From NCBI GenBank assembly GCA_002633005.1, contig NMRA01000110.1, forward strand, positions 395,850 to 459,849: 64,000 nt of DNA, written 5' to 3'. Shown in pieces: positions 61,500 to 64,000 of the stretch; positions within the stretch are counted from its first letter, which is position 1, and each line of letters opens with the position of its first letter. The notes beneath the pieces were generated by a model. That model saw only the letters and a list, made by a program, of their open reading frames with translations. It was not told the origin of the DNA and did no database searches. A program made the translations under genes and the position numbers. The DNA comes from Phoronis australis (Eukaryota; Animalia; Phoronida).

Positions 61500-64000
61500 G
61501 TAGTTTCACCAAAATCGACACTTGGCACAAGTCACTCAAAAAGTAGCACTGATTCATACAAGTTCTTATTAGCGGTCAGTCCAAAGTATGACGTAACTTC
61601 CTTATCGTTAGAAAATGTTATCACAATATATTGAAGAAACTCTGTTCTAGATCTAGGGACCAGTAGCTTTAGTTGGTAAATCTGTCGGTTGTCAGCACTC
61701 ATTTTTTGTATTGAATTATTTTGGTATTGATTATTCTCATTTCCGTGCTAGTGTATCTATTGTAGATGAGGGGAGGGTGCTACCATAGATGAGTTGGTAT
61801 ACTTGACGTAGTCAAAAGGGAAATTTCGTCACCAGTTTCTTTATGAAATGAAAAGGTTCCCTTGTCCACCTACTTCACAAATGCTTTGAGTCTTGACTTT
61901 GACTCACATTTATAAACCGTGTGCAATTTAATCGAAGTTAAGCCATCTTATATGCGCTCCAGATCTGTACCGTGTGCAAGTTAAACCATGGTATGATATG
62001 CGCTCCAGAAATGTACCGTGTGCAAGTTAAACCATGGTATGATATGCTCTCCAGATCTGTATCGTGGGCGATATTTTTTTTGATAAAACAATTAAAATGG
62101 TTAATGCACATGATGTCTATTACACGCCACATGAATTTGATGGATTTCTTAGTGCTATTTATAATGAGGTCGCAGCAATTGTAACGTCTGGCACGCGTTC
62201 CTAACTTGACATTACTAGTTTAATTTCACTATAATCCAGCATTTCTAAAATCTGAAAGAGAATTTTATTGTTTAGTTAAAATGTCTATGAAACCGCGTTC
62301 CGTTCAAGAAATCCACTTATTTCCGACCACTCATACGCGTATAAAACTGGTCTTGATCTAAGTTCCTTACTCAAACGGCCATTGGTTTCTGTTATTCCTC
62401 GAGGGCTTGCTTGGCGCACAATATGGCACAAGAACTCGACCTAAATGAAGATAAGCTTTTATTCTAAATATTATCTAAATTTCTTTTTAAAATTAACTTT
62501 GTGACTCGATAAAATTGTATACACCTAACTTTTGAGTATGAAAATGATTTATTTATATTCGTAATGATCTGTCATTATAACTTTAACATCATTTTTTTAA
62601 TTAAGTATTTTTGTATAAGTGGATATAAATTTCTTTGTATTTATTTAACTTCCTGGCACTTTCTGGGTATGTATATTTAGTACTGAATATTTCATAATAA
62701 ACATTACAATAAAGAAGTGCACAGCTTTACCAAGACATCTGCAACACACTAGACATCTATTGAACTTCACCGTGTCCCAGATTGACTAAATGCTGGACAC
62801 TAAAATACTCACCCAAGAGAACCACACTTGTAGCCATGTCTCTTGCCAGCCAGGTGTGTACCATAGTTATTTACTCTTAAAACACAGGTGTACGGTGCCG
62901 TGACAACACCTATATTAATCTATGGGAAAATGATAACAGCAAATACGCCTTTACAGACTTGTAGCGCTAGTTTCACCACATACGAAATTATTTAGCTCAA
63001 CTCTTAAAATTTTTCCGATTCTTTCTAAAAAATAAGCGTACTCCAAATAGTGCTAAGCAAGGCACCCTCTTTAGTCCGTCCTGTCCGCTTATACAGAAAC
63101 AAGATCCAGAATTAACTACAAAACGAGGGATATTTTCCAAAACCCTTTACGTTCCCTATGATTTAACAATGTAAAAAACCTGGTGTAGACGTTATCTGAA
63201 ATTCATTAAACTAATGACATATTGAAATACCATCAAGTGGTCCTATAATTTCACTTATGTATTACAGGTGTCGCTTCATTGAACACGCACCAACGCATGT
63301 TAGGTGTAACGGAAACACTCTACGAAAACTGGGATAGAAATAAACCCAGCAAGTCTCTCGATCAATTGGACTTATAATTAAAGGTGCATGGTACGCTTTT
63401 GTAGAACACAATTGAAATTACTTAGTGGGATACAGGACTGTTTAACACTACGTCACCAAAGCAACAAAACAATTGTCGACTCTAGTTGGTGCAAGTGACC
63501 TTACGACTTGGCTCTGTGGTAATTATCATGGGAAACCAATGCAAACAGTTGATCAATCCCCTGTCACAAAAGTGGAGTTCTTGAATAAGCCACTTATACA
63601 GCAACCAGGTGTGGACAAGAACCAGCCTTGGACGGGGAATCTTCTATACACTAGTGACCTCGGAGAATTGAGACCCCCACCCCCCACACAGCTGCAAGAG
63701 GCCAGAGAGCGTAAAGAATATTCCTTCAGTTTCATGGGCCCTGATGAACAAAAACAGCAGATCCAAAACGCCGAGAAAGTTAATTCCCAGCATTTTTAAC
63801 AACCACCTTCTGGAAATGGTTTAAATTCTCCCTAAACTTGCCTTTTACCACAAAAACAATATTTGATTTAGACCAGTCACCAACATGAAATTCTTTTCAG
63901 GGCAGTTCTTTAGTCAAAAGGATGATTTTTGGGCTTGGAAAGAGCTTACAATCTGTTAATGGTCGAGTCCAAGTAAGCTCACTTTGATAATCTTCTAATT

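Larger units (their letters stand above)
49806..62985. repeat. Older tandem segmental duplication (~49806-53965 vs ~58686-62985) carrying the FTP-PepSY genes
   Basis: Exons, introns and upstream region are colinear with many substitutions and indels; a TE-rich spacer separates the copies and there is no N join. Confidence 0.9.

Overview
AT-rich, intron-rich eukaryotic (invertebrate animal-like) draft genomic DNA with one 755-nt N gap and three single-N joins. Reading splice sites by hand gives four spliced genes. (1) The 5' part of an LRRC74-like leucine-rich-repeat gene on the minus strand (coding exons from 27540 down to 1962, continuing off the left edge). (2) A complete adiponectin receptor (AdipoR/PAQR) gene on the plus strand (CDS 41692-46722, 397 aa), head-to-head with the LRR gene. 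(3,4) Two tandem paralogous four-exon minus-strand genes (49939-52510 and 58724-61499). These appear to encode secreted stand-alone thermolysin-family (M4) propeptides (signal peptide + FTP + PepSY) with no catalytic domain, and are the most interesting feature. The rest is non-autonomous DNA transposons (Kolobok-like with a THAP remnant, hAT-like and Tc1/mariner-like MITEs, an AcademX-like transposase remnant, a CTCF-motif-bearing repeat family), a tRNA-derived SINE and many minisatellites. A ~3.5-kb near-identical tandem block (18644-25660) looks like two haplotypes joined by the assembler. Protein family calls come from motif recognition, not database searches.
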